A stretch of DNA of 64,000 nucleotides from Thermoanaerobaculia bacterium (GTDB lineage Bacteria; Acidobacteriota; Thermoanaerobaculia; Multivoradales; UBA5704), in assembly GCA_038248205.1 (NCBI GenBank), contig JBBRUC010000003.1, positions 596 to 64,595 on the forward strand, read 5' to 3'. Positions 1 through 8,764 of the stretch are shown here, in pieces. Below the pieces are notes generated by a model. It saw only the letters and a program-made list of their open reading frames with translations, made no database searches and was not told the origin of the DNA. The position numbers and the translations under genes are program-made. Position 1 is the first letter of the stretch. Each line of letters starts with the position of its first letter.

Positions 1-27
1 TGCGGCTCCCATTCCGGACTCGCTTCT

Positions 28-1986
28 TTGGCGATGAGCACCATCACGGAAGTTCTCCGTCTAACGCTGCCCGATGGGGCGGTGCGCGAAGTCGCACCCG
101 GCACCACTGCGCTCGAAGTGGCGCACTCGATCGGTCCGCGGCTCGGCCGTGACGCGATCGGCGCGGAGTTGGACGGTAAGAAGATCGATCTGCGCGAGCC
201 TATCTTGGCGGACGCCAAGTTTCGCATCTTCACCGCCAAGAGCCCGGAAGCCGGCGAGTTCATTCGCCATAGCGCCGAGCATGTTCTCGCCGATGCGGTC
301 AAGCGGCTGTTCCCGCACGTCGAGATCGACGTCGGCCGGAAGGACCATAGCGAGAAGTTCCAGTACGACTTTCGGATCGACCACGCCTTTTCGCCCGAAG
401 ACCTGGAGCGGATCGAGGCCGAGATGCGAAGAATCGTCGCCGCAGGCGGCGACCTCTCGTTCGAGCGGAGCGAGATCTCGCGCGAAGAGGCGGCGGCCAA
501 GTTCGCCGCGATGGGCGAGCGCCTCAAAGTCGAGCGCTTGAAGGACATTCCGGCGGGCGCCCAGATCACCCTCTACCGGCACGGCGGCGCGGACGGCTTT
601 ACCGACCTCTGCCGCGGCCCGCACGTTCAGCGGCTGGCCCAGATCGGCGCGATCCAACTGCTCGAAGCCTCCGGCGTCTATTGGAAGGGCGACGAGAAGG
701 GTGAGCGGCTCCAGCGAATCTACGGTACGGCGTTCGGCTCGCAAGCGGAACTCGATGCCCATCTGGCGCTACAAGAAGAGGCGCGGGCGCGCGACCACCG
801 GCGGATCGGGCCGGAACTCGACCTGTTCAGCTTCAACCCGATGGCCCCGGCGATGCCGTTTTTTCACCCGAAAGGCGCGTTCGTCTACAACCGGTTGGTC
901 GACTACGTTCGCGAGCTGTACGTCCAATACGGCTACGGCGAGGTGCTGACCCCCCAGATCCTCGATCTGGAGCTGTGGAAGACCTCCGGCCATTACGCGA
1001 ACTACCAGGACGCGATGTTTTTCGTCGAAGTGGACGAGCGGGAGTTCGCGGTCAAGCCGATGAACTGCCCGACCCACTGCTTGATCTACGCCACCAAGAT
1101 GCGGTCGTACCGCGACCTGCCGATCCGCTATGCCGACTTCGGCCGCCTGCACCGCTACGAGCGGAGCGGCGTCACCTCCGGCCTGCTGCGGGTCCGGTCG
1201 TTCTGCCAGGACGACGGCCACATCTTCTGTACCGAAGAGCAGATCGAAAGCGAAGTGCTCGCGCTCGGGCGAATGATCTTGGAGCTGTACGCCACGTTCG
1301 GCTTCGACCAAGTCGAGATCGAGCTGTCGACTCGGCCGGCGAAATCGATCGGCACCGACGAGCTTTGGCAGCGCGCGGAAGCGGCGCTCGCCGCGGCGCT
1401 CGACAAGGCGGGGCTCGCCTATCGGATCAATCCTGGCGATGGGGCGTTTTACGGGCCGAAGATCGATTTTCACGTCCACGACGCGATCGGCCGCAGCTGG
1501 CAGCTCGGCACGATCCAGCTCGACTACCAGATGCCCGCGCGGTTCGGTTTGAGCTACGTGGGCGCCGACGGCGCGGAGCATTCGCCGGTGATGATCCACC
1601 GCGCGATCTTCGGCTCGGTCGAGCGCTTCCTGGGCATCCTGATCGAGCAGACCTCGGGTGCGTTTCCGGTCTGGCTGGCGCCGGTCCAGGGGATCGTGCT
1701 GCCGATCTCGGAAAAATTCGCCGAGTATGCCGAAGAGGTCCGCGCCCATCTCGCCGCCGCGGGCGTCCGCGTCGAAGTGGACAATCGAAACGAAAAGCTG
1801 GGCTATAAGATTCGTGAAGCGCAGCTCCAAAAAGTGCCCTACATGCTGGTGGTCGGTGCCCGCGAACAGGAGGAGCGCACCGTTTCGGCGCGCCGCCGAG
1901 CGGGAGCCGATCTCGGCGCGTTGGCCCTTGACGACTTCGCCGCGCGGGTGCAATCCCAAGTCGCGGCGCGCAGTCGGGAGCTTTGA
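28..1986 (+). CDS. thrS: threonyl-tRNA synthetase
   Basis: 652-aa ORF with class II aaRS motifs (RVRSFCQDDGHIF, GTIQLDYQMP, HRAIFGSVERF). It has an anticodon-binding C-terminus. The start is TTG at 28 or ATG at 34. It sits upstream of infC-rpmI-rplT, the classical arrangement. Confidence 0.95.
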   Translation: MAMSTITEVLRLTLPDGAVREVAPGTTALEVAHSIGPRLGRDAIGAELDGKKIDLREPILADAKFRIFTAKSPEAGEFIRHSAEHVLADAVKRLFPHVEIDVGRKDHSEKFQYDFRIDHAFSPEDLERIEAEMRRIVAAGGDLSFERSEISREEAAAKFAAMGERLKVERLKDIPAGAQITLYRHGGADGFTDLCRGPHVQRLAQIGAIQLLEASGVYWKGDEKGERLQRIYGTAFGSQAELDAHLALQEEARARDHRRIGPELDLFSFNPMAPAMPFFHPKGAFVYNRLVDYVRELYVQYGYGEVLTPQILDLELWKTSGHYANYQDAMFFVEVDEREFAVKPMNCPTHCLIYATKMRSYRDLPIRYADFGRLHRYERSGVTSGLLRVRSFCQDDGHIFCTEEQIESEVLALGRMILELYATFGFDQVEIELSTRPAKSIGTDELWQRAEAALAAALDKAGLAYRINPGDGAFYGPKIDFHVHDAIGRSWQLGTIQLDYQMPARFGLSYVGADGAEHSPVMIHRAIFGSVERFLGILIEQTSGAFPVWLAPVQGIVLPISEKFAEYAEEVRAHLAAAGVRVEVDNRNEKLGYKIREAQLQKVPYMLVVGAREQEERTVSARRRAGADLGALALDDFAARVQSQVAARSREL

Positions 1987-2025
1987 AGCACCCCTAGAAG
2001 AAGAGGGGAGACGAACCGCCGCGCT

Positions 2026-2604
2026 GTGCGGCGGGGCTTGTCGGTCAACAGGACCGAAAGGAAAGGTGAGTTAGCCATCGATAAGACCGCGAGAGTCAAC
2101 GAGCGAATCCGCGTCCGCGAGGTACGGCTGATCGACGCCGAAGGCGGCCAGGTCGGCATCGTGCCGATTGAGGAAGCCTTGCGGATGGCCAAAGAGAGCC
2201 TCCTCGACCTGGTGGAAGTGGCGGGGGAGGCCAAGCCGCCCGTGTGCCGAATCATGGATTTCGGCAAGTTCCTCTACCAGCAGAAGAAGAAGACGCACGA
2301 GTCGAGGAAGAAGCAGAAGATCATCCACGTCAAGGAAGTCAAGTTCCGGCCGAACATTGACGACCACGACTACGACTTCAAGCTGAAGAACGCCGTGCGC
2401 TTCCTCGGCGATGGCGACAAGGTCAAGGCGACGGTCCAATTTCGCGGCCGCGAGATGGCCCGCACCGATCTCGGTTTCAAGCTGATCCAGCGTCTGGCCG
2501 CCGATATCGGCGAGCAAGGCAACCTGGAAGGGCACCCCGAGATGGCGGGCAACCGCATGCATGCGATCTTTGGCGGGCCGAAGAACGCGCCGAAGAAGGT
2601 CTGA
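2026..2604 (+). CDS. infC: translation initiation factor IF-3
   Basis: Contains [23 protein letters not shown] and [19 protein letters not shown], typical IF-3 sequence. The real start is probably internal (in-frame ATC at 2077 after an aaaggaaaggtgag SD); see findings. Confidence 0.9.
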   Translation: MRRGLSVNRTERKGELAIDKTARVNERIRVREVRLIDAEGGQVGIVPIEEALRMAKESLLDLVEVAGEAKPPVCRIMDFGKFLYQQKKKTHESRKKQKIIHVKEVKFRPNIDDHDYDFKLKNAVRFLGDGDKVKATVQFRGREMARTDLGFKLIQRLAADIGEQGNLEGHPEMAGNRMHAIFGGPKNAPKKV

Positions 2605-2794
2605 ACCCGGCAGGACGGATCGATCCGTCGGGCTTGAGGGCAAAAGTGGTGCGCTGGACCACGGCGACCTTGCGGTCGTCTGTGCTAGACTCTCGCGTCT
2701 TTTGCCAATGGGCCTGAGCGGTCGGGCCAAGGCGATCGACACGACCGAAGACGCGGGAAGACGTAGGAAAAATAGGAAAAACAAGGAGAAGCCC

Positions 2795-2989
2795 TTGCCA
2801 AAGCAAAAGACTCACAAGGGCGCCGCCAAGCGGTTCAAGATCACCGGGACCGGCAAAGTGATGCGCCACCAGGCGGAAGTTCGCCACGGTTTGACCCAGA
2901 AGTCTCAGAAACGGAAGCGGAAGCTGGGCAAGGCCGTTGAGTGCTCGCCTGCGTTCTCGGCGATCCTCAAGCAGATGCTTCACCGGTAG
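2795..2989 (+). CDS. rpmI: 50S ribosomal protein L35
   Basis: The last 64 codons of ORF 2561..2989 read (L)[35 protein letters not shown] start at 2795 is preceded by the SD caaggagaagccc. Confidence 0.85.
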   Translation: MPKQKTHKGAAKRFKITGTGKVMRHQAEVRHGLTQKSQKRKRKLGKAVECSPAFSAILKQMLHR

Positions 2990-3151
2990 AGCCCTTCGCG
3001 CCACGAGAGACAAGACGAAACCAGCCCGGCATCCGGTGGGACGAACCTGTCCATCGGCGCCGTCGGTCGATCCGGCCCGGCACAACGGGCCCGCGGGCGA
3101 CCCTGACCGCTCCCCGAGACGCTCGGCGAGCAGAAACGAGGTTCCTACGAG

Positions 3152-3532
3152 ATGGCACGCGTCAAGCGCGGTACCAAGCGGGTCCACCGCCGCAAGAAGA
3201 TTCTCAAGCTCGCCAAGGGCTATTACGGCACCAAGTCGAAGGCCCACCGGATCGCCAAACTGGCGGTCGACAAATCTCTCAACTACGCCTATCGCGACCG
3301 CCGGCAGCGCAAGCGCCAGATGCGCGCGCTCTGGATCGTGCGGATCAACGCCGCCGCGCGCATCAACGGCCTTTCCTACAGCCGCCTGATCGCCGGGTTG
3401 AAGGCGGTCGGTTCGACGCTCGACCGCAAGGTGCTCGCCGACCTCGCCGTGGTCGATCCGGACGCGTTCGGCCGCTTGGCCGAAGCCGCGAAGGAAGCTC
3501 TCGGTCAAGGCACGTCCGCCGCGGGAGCGTAG
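3152..3532 (+). CDS. rplT: 50S ribosomal protein L20
   Basis: [26 protein letters not shown]...[23 protein letters not shown] is a canonical L20 sequence. Confidence 0.95.
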   Translation: MARVKRGTKRVHRRKKILKLAKGYYGTKSKAHRIAKLAVDKSLNYAYRDRRQRKRQMRALWIVRINAAARINGLSYSRLIAGLKAVGSTLDRKVLADLAVVDPDAFGRLAEAAKEALGQGTSAAGA

Positions 3533-3533
3533 G

Positions 3534-4604
3534 GTGTCTGCCGCGGGCGATCCCAATCCCGACGCAAGCGGCGGCGCCCCGGCGGTCCTTCCGGAAAACG
3601 TAGGTTCCGAGTTCGAAAGCGCCCTCGCGGCGGTCGTTGATCGACCGTCGTGGGAGGCGCTGCGCCTGCATTGGACCGGCAAGAAGCAGGGGGTGCTGCG
3701 CTCGCTGCTGGAGGCGATCGGCAAGATCGCGCCGGCCGACCGCAAGACCTATGGCGAACAGGTCAACCGCTTGAAGGTCCGGGTCGAGGCGGGACTCGCT
3801 GCCAAAGACGCCGAGTTGCTCGAGGCTGAGCGCGAGGCGGCGATCGCCGCCGCCGCGATCGACGTCACCCTGCCCGGCCGGCGGCCGATCCTCGGCAGCC
3901 TCCACCCGGTGACCCGGGTGATGCGCGAGATGGAGCAGATCTTCGCCGAACTCGGCTACAGCGTCGCCGAAGGCCCGGAAATCGAAGACGACTTCCACAA
4001 CTTCACGGCGCTCAACTTTCCGCCCGATCATCCGGCGCGCGACACGCAAGACACCTTCTTCGTCGAAGGGGGCCTTCTGCTGCGCACCCACACCTCGCCG
4101 GTGCAGATTCGGACCATGCTGTCGCGCAAGCCGCCGATTCGCGTGATCTGTCCCGGCCGGGTCTACCGCTGCGACAACGACTTGCGCCACTCGCCGATGT
4201 TTCACCAGATCGAATGCCTGGCGGTGGCCGAGGGGATCACGTTCGCCGACTTGAAGGGGACGCTGCTGGCGTTCGTCCGCCGGCTGTTCTCGGCCGATAC
4301 GGGGGTGCGGCTGCGGCCGAGCCACTTCCCGTTCACCGAGCCCTCGGCGGAGGTGGACATCACCTGCGTGTTCTGCCGCGGCAACGGTTGCGAGACCTGC
4401 TCCGGCACCGGCTGGATGGAGATTCTCGGCTCCGGCATGGTCGACCCCAGGGTGCTGGAAGAGTGCGGGATCGACCCTTTGGTCTACAGCGGATTCGCCT
4501 TCGGCATGGGGGTCGATCGGGTCGCGATGCTGCGCTACGGCATCCCGAACATCCGAATGCTGTTCGATAATGACGAGCGCCTGCTGCGCCAGGTGAACCG
4601 CTGA
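3534..4604 (+). CDS. pheS: phenylalanyl-tRNA synthetase alpha subunit
   Basis: 356 aa with HPARDTQDTFF, LLRTHTSPVQIR and FPFTEPSAEVD motifs. The GTG start lies directly after the rplT stop. Confidence 0.95.
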   Translation: MSAAGDPNPDASGGAPAVLPENVGSEFESALAAVVDRPSWEALRLHWTGKKQGVLRSLLEAIGKIAPADRKTYGEQVNRLKVRVEAGLAAKDAELLEAEREAAIAAAAIDVTLPGRRPILGSLHPVTRVMREMEQIFAELGYSVAEGPEIEDDFHNFTALNFPPDHPARDTQDTFFVEGGLLLRTHTSPVQIRTMLSRKPPIRVICPGRVYRCDNDLRHSPMFHQIECLAVAEGITFADLKGTLLAFVRRLFSADTGVRLRPSHFPFTEPSAEVDITCVFCRGNGCETCSGTGWMEILGSGMVDPRVLEECGIDPLVYSGFAFGMGVDRVAMLRYGIPNIRMLFDNDERLLRQVNR

Positions 4605-6787
4605 TGCGCTTCTCTCGCGAATGGCTCGCCCGATACGTCGACCTGCCGTCGGATCCGGTCGAGCTGTCTCTCCGGCTCACCTCGGCGGGGCTCGCGGTCG
4701 AGCAGATCGAAAAGTTTGCCTCTCCACAGGGCGACGACACGATCTTCGATATCGAAGTGACCACCAACCGACCGGACGTGATGTGCCACGTCGGGCTGGC
4801 GCGCGAGATCGCGACGATCCTCGATCGCCCGTTACGCCTGCCGGAGGTGGCTCCCGATGGGGGGGGCGCGAGCGGTGCGTCGACCGCCGGCTCGATCTCG
4901 GTCGAAATCGCCGAGCCCGACCTCTGCCCGCGCTTCGTCGGCCGGGTGGTGCGCGGCGTGCGGATCGGCCCCAGCCCGGACTGGCTTCGACGAGCGCTCG
5001 AATCGATCGGCTCGCGCTCGATCAGCAACGTGGTCGACGTCACCAACTTCGTTCTTTGGGAGCTGGGCCAGCCGCTTCACGCCTACGATCTCGCGAAGCT
5101 CGAACAGGGCCGGATCATCGTTCGGCGGGCACGGGACCGCGAGCGGATCAAGACCCTCGACGGGGTCGAGCGGACTCTCGATCCGGAGACGCTGATCATC
5201 GCCGATGCGCAGGTTCCCGTGGGGATCGCCGGGGTGATGGGCGGCCTCGACAGCGAGGTCACTTCCGCGACCGTCGACCTGTTGATCGAGGGGGCGCACT
5301 TCGATCGCGCGGCGGTCCGCCGGGCGAGCCGGAAGCTCAACTTGAAGACCGACGCCAGCCATCGCTTCGAGCGTGGGGCCGACCTTGAAATCTGCCGCGT
5401 CGCCGTCGATCGCGCGGCGTTCCTGATCGCCGAGATCGCGGGAGGCGAGGTGCTCGCCGGTGCCGTCGATGAGCGGCCGGTGCGTCGCCTGCCACGTCGC
5501 GGCCGGGTGGATCACGCCAAGCTCGAAAGTTTCGTCGGGGCGCGGATCGCCCCCGGTTCGGTCGAGCGGTGGCTTGAAGGTTTGGGTTTCTCTCCCCGCC
5601 CGGCCGGTTCGGCGTCGGGGACCGGGAAAGCCTGGGAGGTCGAGGTTCCCTCCTGGCGCTATTTCGACTTCGCGCCGCGCCCGTTCGAGCCGGACGCCGA
5701 GGCGGCCGAGGTCTACCCGGCCGACCTGTACGAGGAGATCCTTCGCCTGCACGGCTTCGATCCGGTGGCGCCAACTCTTCCCGCCCTGTCCGGGGCCGAT
5801 GCGCCGAAGAACCCGATCCTCGCCCGCCGCGCCCGGATTCAAGACCACCTCGCGGCGTGCGGACTGGCCGAAACGATCCAATATTCATTCATCGACCCGC
5901 GCGACGAAGCGGCGCTGCCGCTGCTCGCCCCCGAGGGGGTGGCCGTGCCGCTCGTGAACCCGCTGTCGGAGCGGCTGGCGGTGATGCGCCGGTCGCTGCT
6001 GCCCGGCTTGGTCGAGACCGCCCGCTTCAACAAGCGCCGCGGCGCCGCCGCCGTCCGCCTGTTCGAGGTCGGGAGGGTGTTTTATCGAGCCGCCGGCGAA
6101 CCGGTGGACGACGGCTCGTTGCCGGTCCAGCCGGAACGGATCGGCATCGTCGTCGGCGGCCGGGTCGGAACCTCTTGGGAGCATCAGGTTGAACTCGATT
6201 TCTTCGATCTCAAAGGGGCGTTGGAGAGTTTGGCCGCGGAATTTTCCGTCGCGTTCGGCTTCCGCACCGCGGCCCCCCGCGGTCTGGTGCCGGGGCTCGC
6301 GGCCGAGGTTCTGCTCGACGGCCGGGTAGTCGGCGTGATCGGTCGGCTCTCCGGTGAGGACGGCTATCCGCTCTTCGTCGCCGAACTCGAAGCCGATGCG
6401 CTCCAACAAGAGCCCGCCGGATTTCTGGCCAGGGGCGGTGCCCCCGACGCAAAGAGTGCCGCCCAAGCCTCGGCCGCGATCGTCGGCCTCACGGTCGAGG
6501 CACCGTCGCGTTTCCCGAGCGTTGCGGCGGACGTAACGATTACCCATGCGCTGTCGGTCGCCTGGCAGGAGATCGCCGCGGCGGTCGCCGAGCTGGCGCC
6601 GGCCGATCTGGTCGCCCACGGGCTCAAGGATCGCTATCGGGGCCAGGGTGTGCCCGAAGGCGCGGTCAACACCACCCTCTACTTCCTCTATAACGCGGGC
6701 GATCGTTCGTTGACGCAAGAAGAGGTCAACGAGCGGCAGGTCGCACTCGTCCGCGCGCTTCAAAGCCGTTTTGGCTGGAAAGGATGA
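4604..6787 (+). CDS. pheT: phenylalanyl-tRNA synthetase beta subunit
   Basis: 727 aa with the N-terminus MRFSREWLARYVDL and FDIEVTTNRPD, plus B3/4 and B5-like regions. Its start overlaps the pheS stop (TGATG). Confidence 0.95.
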   Translation: MRFSREWLARYVDLPSDPVELSLRLTSAGLAVEQIEKFASPQGDDTIFDIEVTTNRPDVMCHVGLAREIATILDRPLRLPEVAPDGGGASGASTAGSISVEIAEPDLCPRFVGRVVRGVRIGPSPDWLRRALESIGSRSISNVVDVTNFVLWELGQPLHAYDLAKLEQGRIIVRRARDRERIKTLDGVERTLDPETLIIADAQVPVGIAGVMGGLDSEVTSATVDLLIEGAHFDRAAVRRASRKLNLKTDASHRFERGADLEICRVAVDRAAFLIAEIAGGEVLAGAVDERPVRRLPRRGRVDHAKLESFVGARIAPGSVERWLEGLGFSPRPAGSASGTGKAWEVEVPSWRYFDFAPRPFEPDAEAAEVYPADLYEEILRLHGFDPVAPTLPALSGADAPKNPILARRARIQDHLAACGLAETIQYSFIDPRDEAALPLLAPEGVAVPLVNPLSERLAVMRRSLLPGLVETARFNKRRGAAAVRLFEVGRVFYRAAGEPVDDGSLPVQPERIGIVVGGRVGTSWEHQVELDFFDLKGALESLAAEFSVAFGFRTAAPRGLVPGLAAEVLLDGRVVGVIGRLSGEDGYPLFVAELEADALQQEPAGFLARGGAPDAKSAAQASAAIVGLTVEAPSRFPSVAADVTITHALSVAWQEIAAAVAELAPADLVAHGLKDRYRGQGVPEGAVNTTLYFLYNAGDRSLTQEEVNERQVALVRALQSRFGWKG

Positions 6788-7056
6788 CCGCCACCGTGAA
6801 GGCCCCGGAGATCGATTTCCTCGATTCGCTCGAAGCGAAAGTTCATGAAGCGTCGGAACGCCTGCGCACGCTGCGCAACGAAAACCGCACCCTGGCCGAA
6901 AAGGTCTCCGACCTCGAAGCGCAGTTGGCGGAGCGGGAAGAAGCCGGTTCGAGCGACGAAGCCGCCGCCTGGCAGCAAGAGCGAGAAGCGATCCGGGAGC
7001 GCGTCGAAACCTTGGCCGGCCGGCTGGAGGAGCTGCTAGAGGAGGAGGCGGAGTAG
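6784..7056 (+). CDS. small coiled-coil protein (ZapB/DUF904-like, tentative)
   Basis: 90-aa ORF coupled to pheT by an ATGA overlap. The sequence is almost entirely heptad-like and charged (LRTLRNENRTLAEKVSDLEAQLAEREE). The function is inferred only from composition and position. Confidence 0.55.
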   Translation: MTATVKAPEIDFLDSLEAKVHEASERLRTLRNENRTLAEKVSDLEAQLAEREEAGSSDEAAAWQQEREAIRERVETLAGRLEELLEEEAE

Positions 7057-7073
7057 GGGAGATCAGCGCGAAC

Positions 7074-7314
7074 GGATGGCACAGCCCTTCAGGCCTTCGA
7101 TAGTTTCGGCGCAGTACCCTGGGGCGATGCCCCAGGCTAGTATCGGGCGCGCCTGTGGCGCTCAAAATGCGCCCGACGGTAGAGGGGTAGAGGGGTAGAG
7201 GGTGGTTGGGCGGTCCGGGGTCAGGGCCGAAGGCCCGCCCAATACTAGCCTAGGGCAACGCCCTAGGTACCGGTTCGAACCGTATTTCCCAAGGGCTGAA
7301 GGCCCGTTCCATCC
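7074..7314. repeat. composite inverted repeat (two ~76-79 bp arms, MITE/REP-like)
   Basis: The left arm is 7074-7149 and the right arm is 7236-7314. The right arm is the reverse complement of the left at roughly three-quarters identity by eye. Each arm carries its own hairpin (cctggggcgatgccccagg / cctagggcaacgccctagg). The centre holds gtagaggg x3 (7179-7202) and the hairpin gggccgaaggccc. Confidence 0.8.
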
Positions 7315-7332
7315 ACCGCCCAACCGCGGGCC

Positions 7333-8439
7333 TCAACCCCCGATCGACATGAAGTTCGCCAGGTTGCCGCTGTTGCCTTGGAGCAGCAGGTGCTCCGCGG
7401 GCTTCTCTTGCAACACCCGCAGGATCTCCGCTTCGAGCACCCGCTCAGGGTTCGGCTCATCGAGCAGGTGGCGGAGCGGGTGGTTTCTCTCATCGAACAG
7501 GCAGAGACGCAGCTCCCCTCGGGCGGTCAATCGCAGGCGGTTGCAATCGGCGCAGAACGTGTGGGAAAGCGGGGTGATGAAGCCGATCTCGCCTTCTGCG
7601 CCTGCGAACCGATACGCCTGCGCCGGTCCGGTGCGGGGCCGGTCGGTTGCGACCTCCGCGAGCGGCCCCCAGCGATGTTCGAGCCGGGCGCGCACGGTGT
7701 CGCAGGTGAGACGGCCCACGACCAGGGCGCGGTTCGCCGGGGTGGGCATCATTTCGATGAAGCGGACGGAGAGCGGGCGGTGAAGCGTCAGCTCGGCGAG
7801 GCGCTCGATGTCTTCGAACCGGCCGTCGGCGAGCAGCACCGCGTTCAGCTTGACCGGCGCGAGCCTCGCGGCGAGAGCGGCTTCGATGCCGCGCCAGACC
7901 TGTTCCAACTCGCCGCGTCGGGCGATCCGGGCGAATTCTTCTGGGTCGAGGGTGTCGAGACTGACGTTGACCCGATCGAGACCGGCCGCTTTGAGCGCGG
8001 GTGCTAAGCGTTCCAGCTCCGTGCCGTTGGTCGAAAGGGACAGGTCTTCCACCCCCGGCAACGCCTTGATCCGGCGGACGATCTCCAACAGGTCCTTGCG
8101 TACCAGCGGCTCGCCGCCGGTCAGGCGGACCCGCCGGATGCCTAAGGAGACGAGACTGCCGACCAGGGTCTCGATCTCCTCGGGAGAGAGGAAATCGCGA
8201 TCGCCGAACGGAAACTCGGCATCCTCCGGCAGGCAGTAGACGCAACGCAGATTGCAGCGGTCGGTGACTGAAACCCGGAGGTAGGTGAGCCGGCGGCCGA
8301 AGGCGTCGATCAGCCGGCTTTCCTCTGGGGCGACCCCCGTGCGGACGAACGCGGGGAGGCCGGCGGACGGCCCGGAGGGCGTCGCGTCGGGCTTTGCCGC
8401 GCCGATCTGGTAGAGGTGTTCGTTCTTCATCCGCGTCAT
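7333..8439 (-). CDS. moaA: GTP 3',8-cyclase MoaA (molybdenum cofactor biosynthesis, radical SAM)
   Basis: Contains LRVSVTDRCNLRCVYCLP (CxxxCxxC), RLTGGEPLVR and a C-terminal CADCNRLRLTARGELRLCLF second cluster motif. An alternative ATG start is at 8430. Confidence 0.9.
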   Translation of the reverse strand: MTRMKNEHLYQIGAAKPDATPSGPSAGLPAFVRTGVAPEESRLIDAFGRRLTYLRVSVTDRCNLRCVYCLPEDAEFPFGDRDFLSPEEIETLVGSLVSLGIRRVRLTGGEPLVRKDLLEIVRRIKALPGVEDLSLSTNGTELERLAPALKAAGLDRVNVSLDTLDPEEFARIARRGELEQVWRGIEAALAARLAPVKLNAVLLADGRFEDIERLAELTLHRPLSVRFIEMMPTPANRALVVGRLTCDTVRARLEHRWGPLAEVATDRPRTGPAQAYRFAGAEGEIGFITPLSHTFCADCNRLRLTARGELRLCLFDERNHPLRHLLDEPNPERVLEAEILRVLQEKPAEHLLLQGNSGNLANFMSIGG

Positions 8440-8504
8440 CCGCCTGTCTCGTCGCCCGGCTGCAAAGGCGGAGCCGGACGGCGGGAGCGCGTCTTCTGCG
8501 TTCC

Positions 8505-8640
8505 AGCGGACCGGCCCACCTTTCCGAACACGGGAGGCGATCGGGTTTCCCCGACCACCCTAAAGATGCACTTTCTGGCGGTTCGGCCTCCCGCCGATGT
8601 CTCCGGGGAGGGTGGGCCGAACTCGGAGGGCCGTCTTCAT
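8505..8640 (-). promoter_or_regulatory. candidate Moco (molybdenum cofactor) riboswitch in the moaA leader
   Basis: The minus strand reads GGCCCUCCGAGUUCGGCCCACC...GGUCGGGGAAACCCGAUCGCCUCCCGUGUUCGGAAAGGUGGGCC. I recall CCUCCGAG, GCCUCCC and GGAAAGG as conserved blocks of the Moco RNA motif. GGCCCACC and GGUGGGCC can close a helix, and there is a GAAA-capped hairpin. The element lies upstream of moaA, as in E. coli. Confidence 0.55.
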
Positions 8641-8764
8641 ACTATGCTCTGGCGCGCGGGATCGTCACCCACGTCCTTGATTCGAGCCGGTCCTGTTCTT
8701 AGAATGGCGCCCGAGCCTCGGCTTTCCGCCACAAAACGCCCAACTTGCGAATCGAAACCGCCCG

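Noticed and set aside
2561-2794. The N-terminal 78 codons of ORF 2561..2989 as part of rpmI
   Set aside because: L35 is ~64 aa. An SD followed by a TTG at 2795 gives the canonical [14 protein letters not shown]-terminus. The upstream part is Arg-rich non-protein-like sequence.
5885-7165. Long antisense or alternative-frame ORFs, e.g. 5885..7165(-), 10165..11640(-), 16687..18285(-), 24782..26068(-), 50371..52221(-), 59395..60687(-)
   Set aside because: They lie opposite or out of frame to genes with unmistakable conserved motifs. Their translations are Arg/Pro/Gly/Ala-rich low-complexity sequence typical of GC-driven open frames.
7057-7332. 6S RNA (ssrS) in the intergenic region downstream of the ZapB-like gene
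   Set aside because: The zapA/zapB-ssrS linkage known from other phyla made this tempting, and the region can form a long hairpin with an internal loop. However, the structure spans ~240 nt, longer than typical 6S. Each arm is itself a self-contained hairpin unit, which points to a duplicated DNA repeat. I cannot match any 6S consensus by eye. It is kept only as an alternative to test with Rfam.
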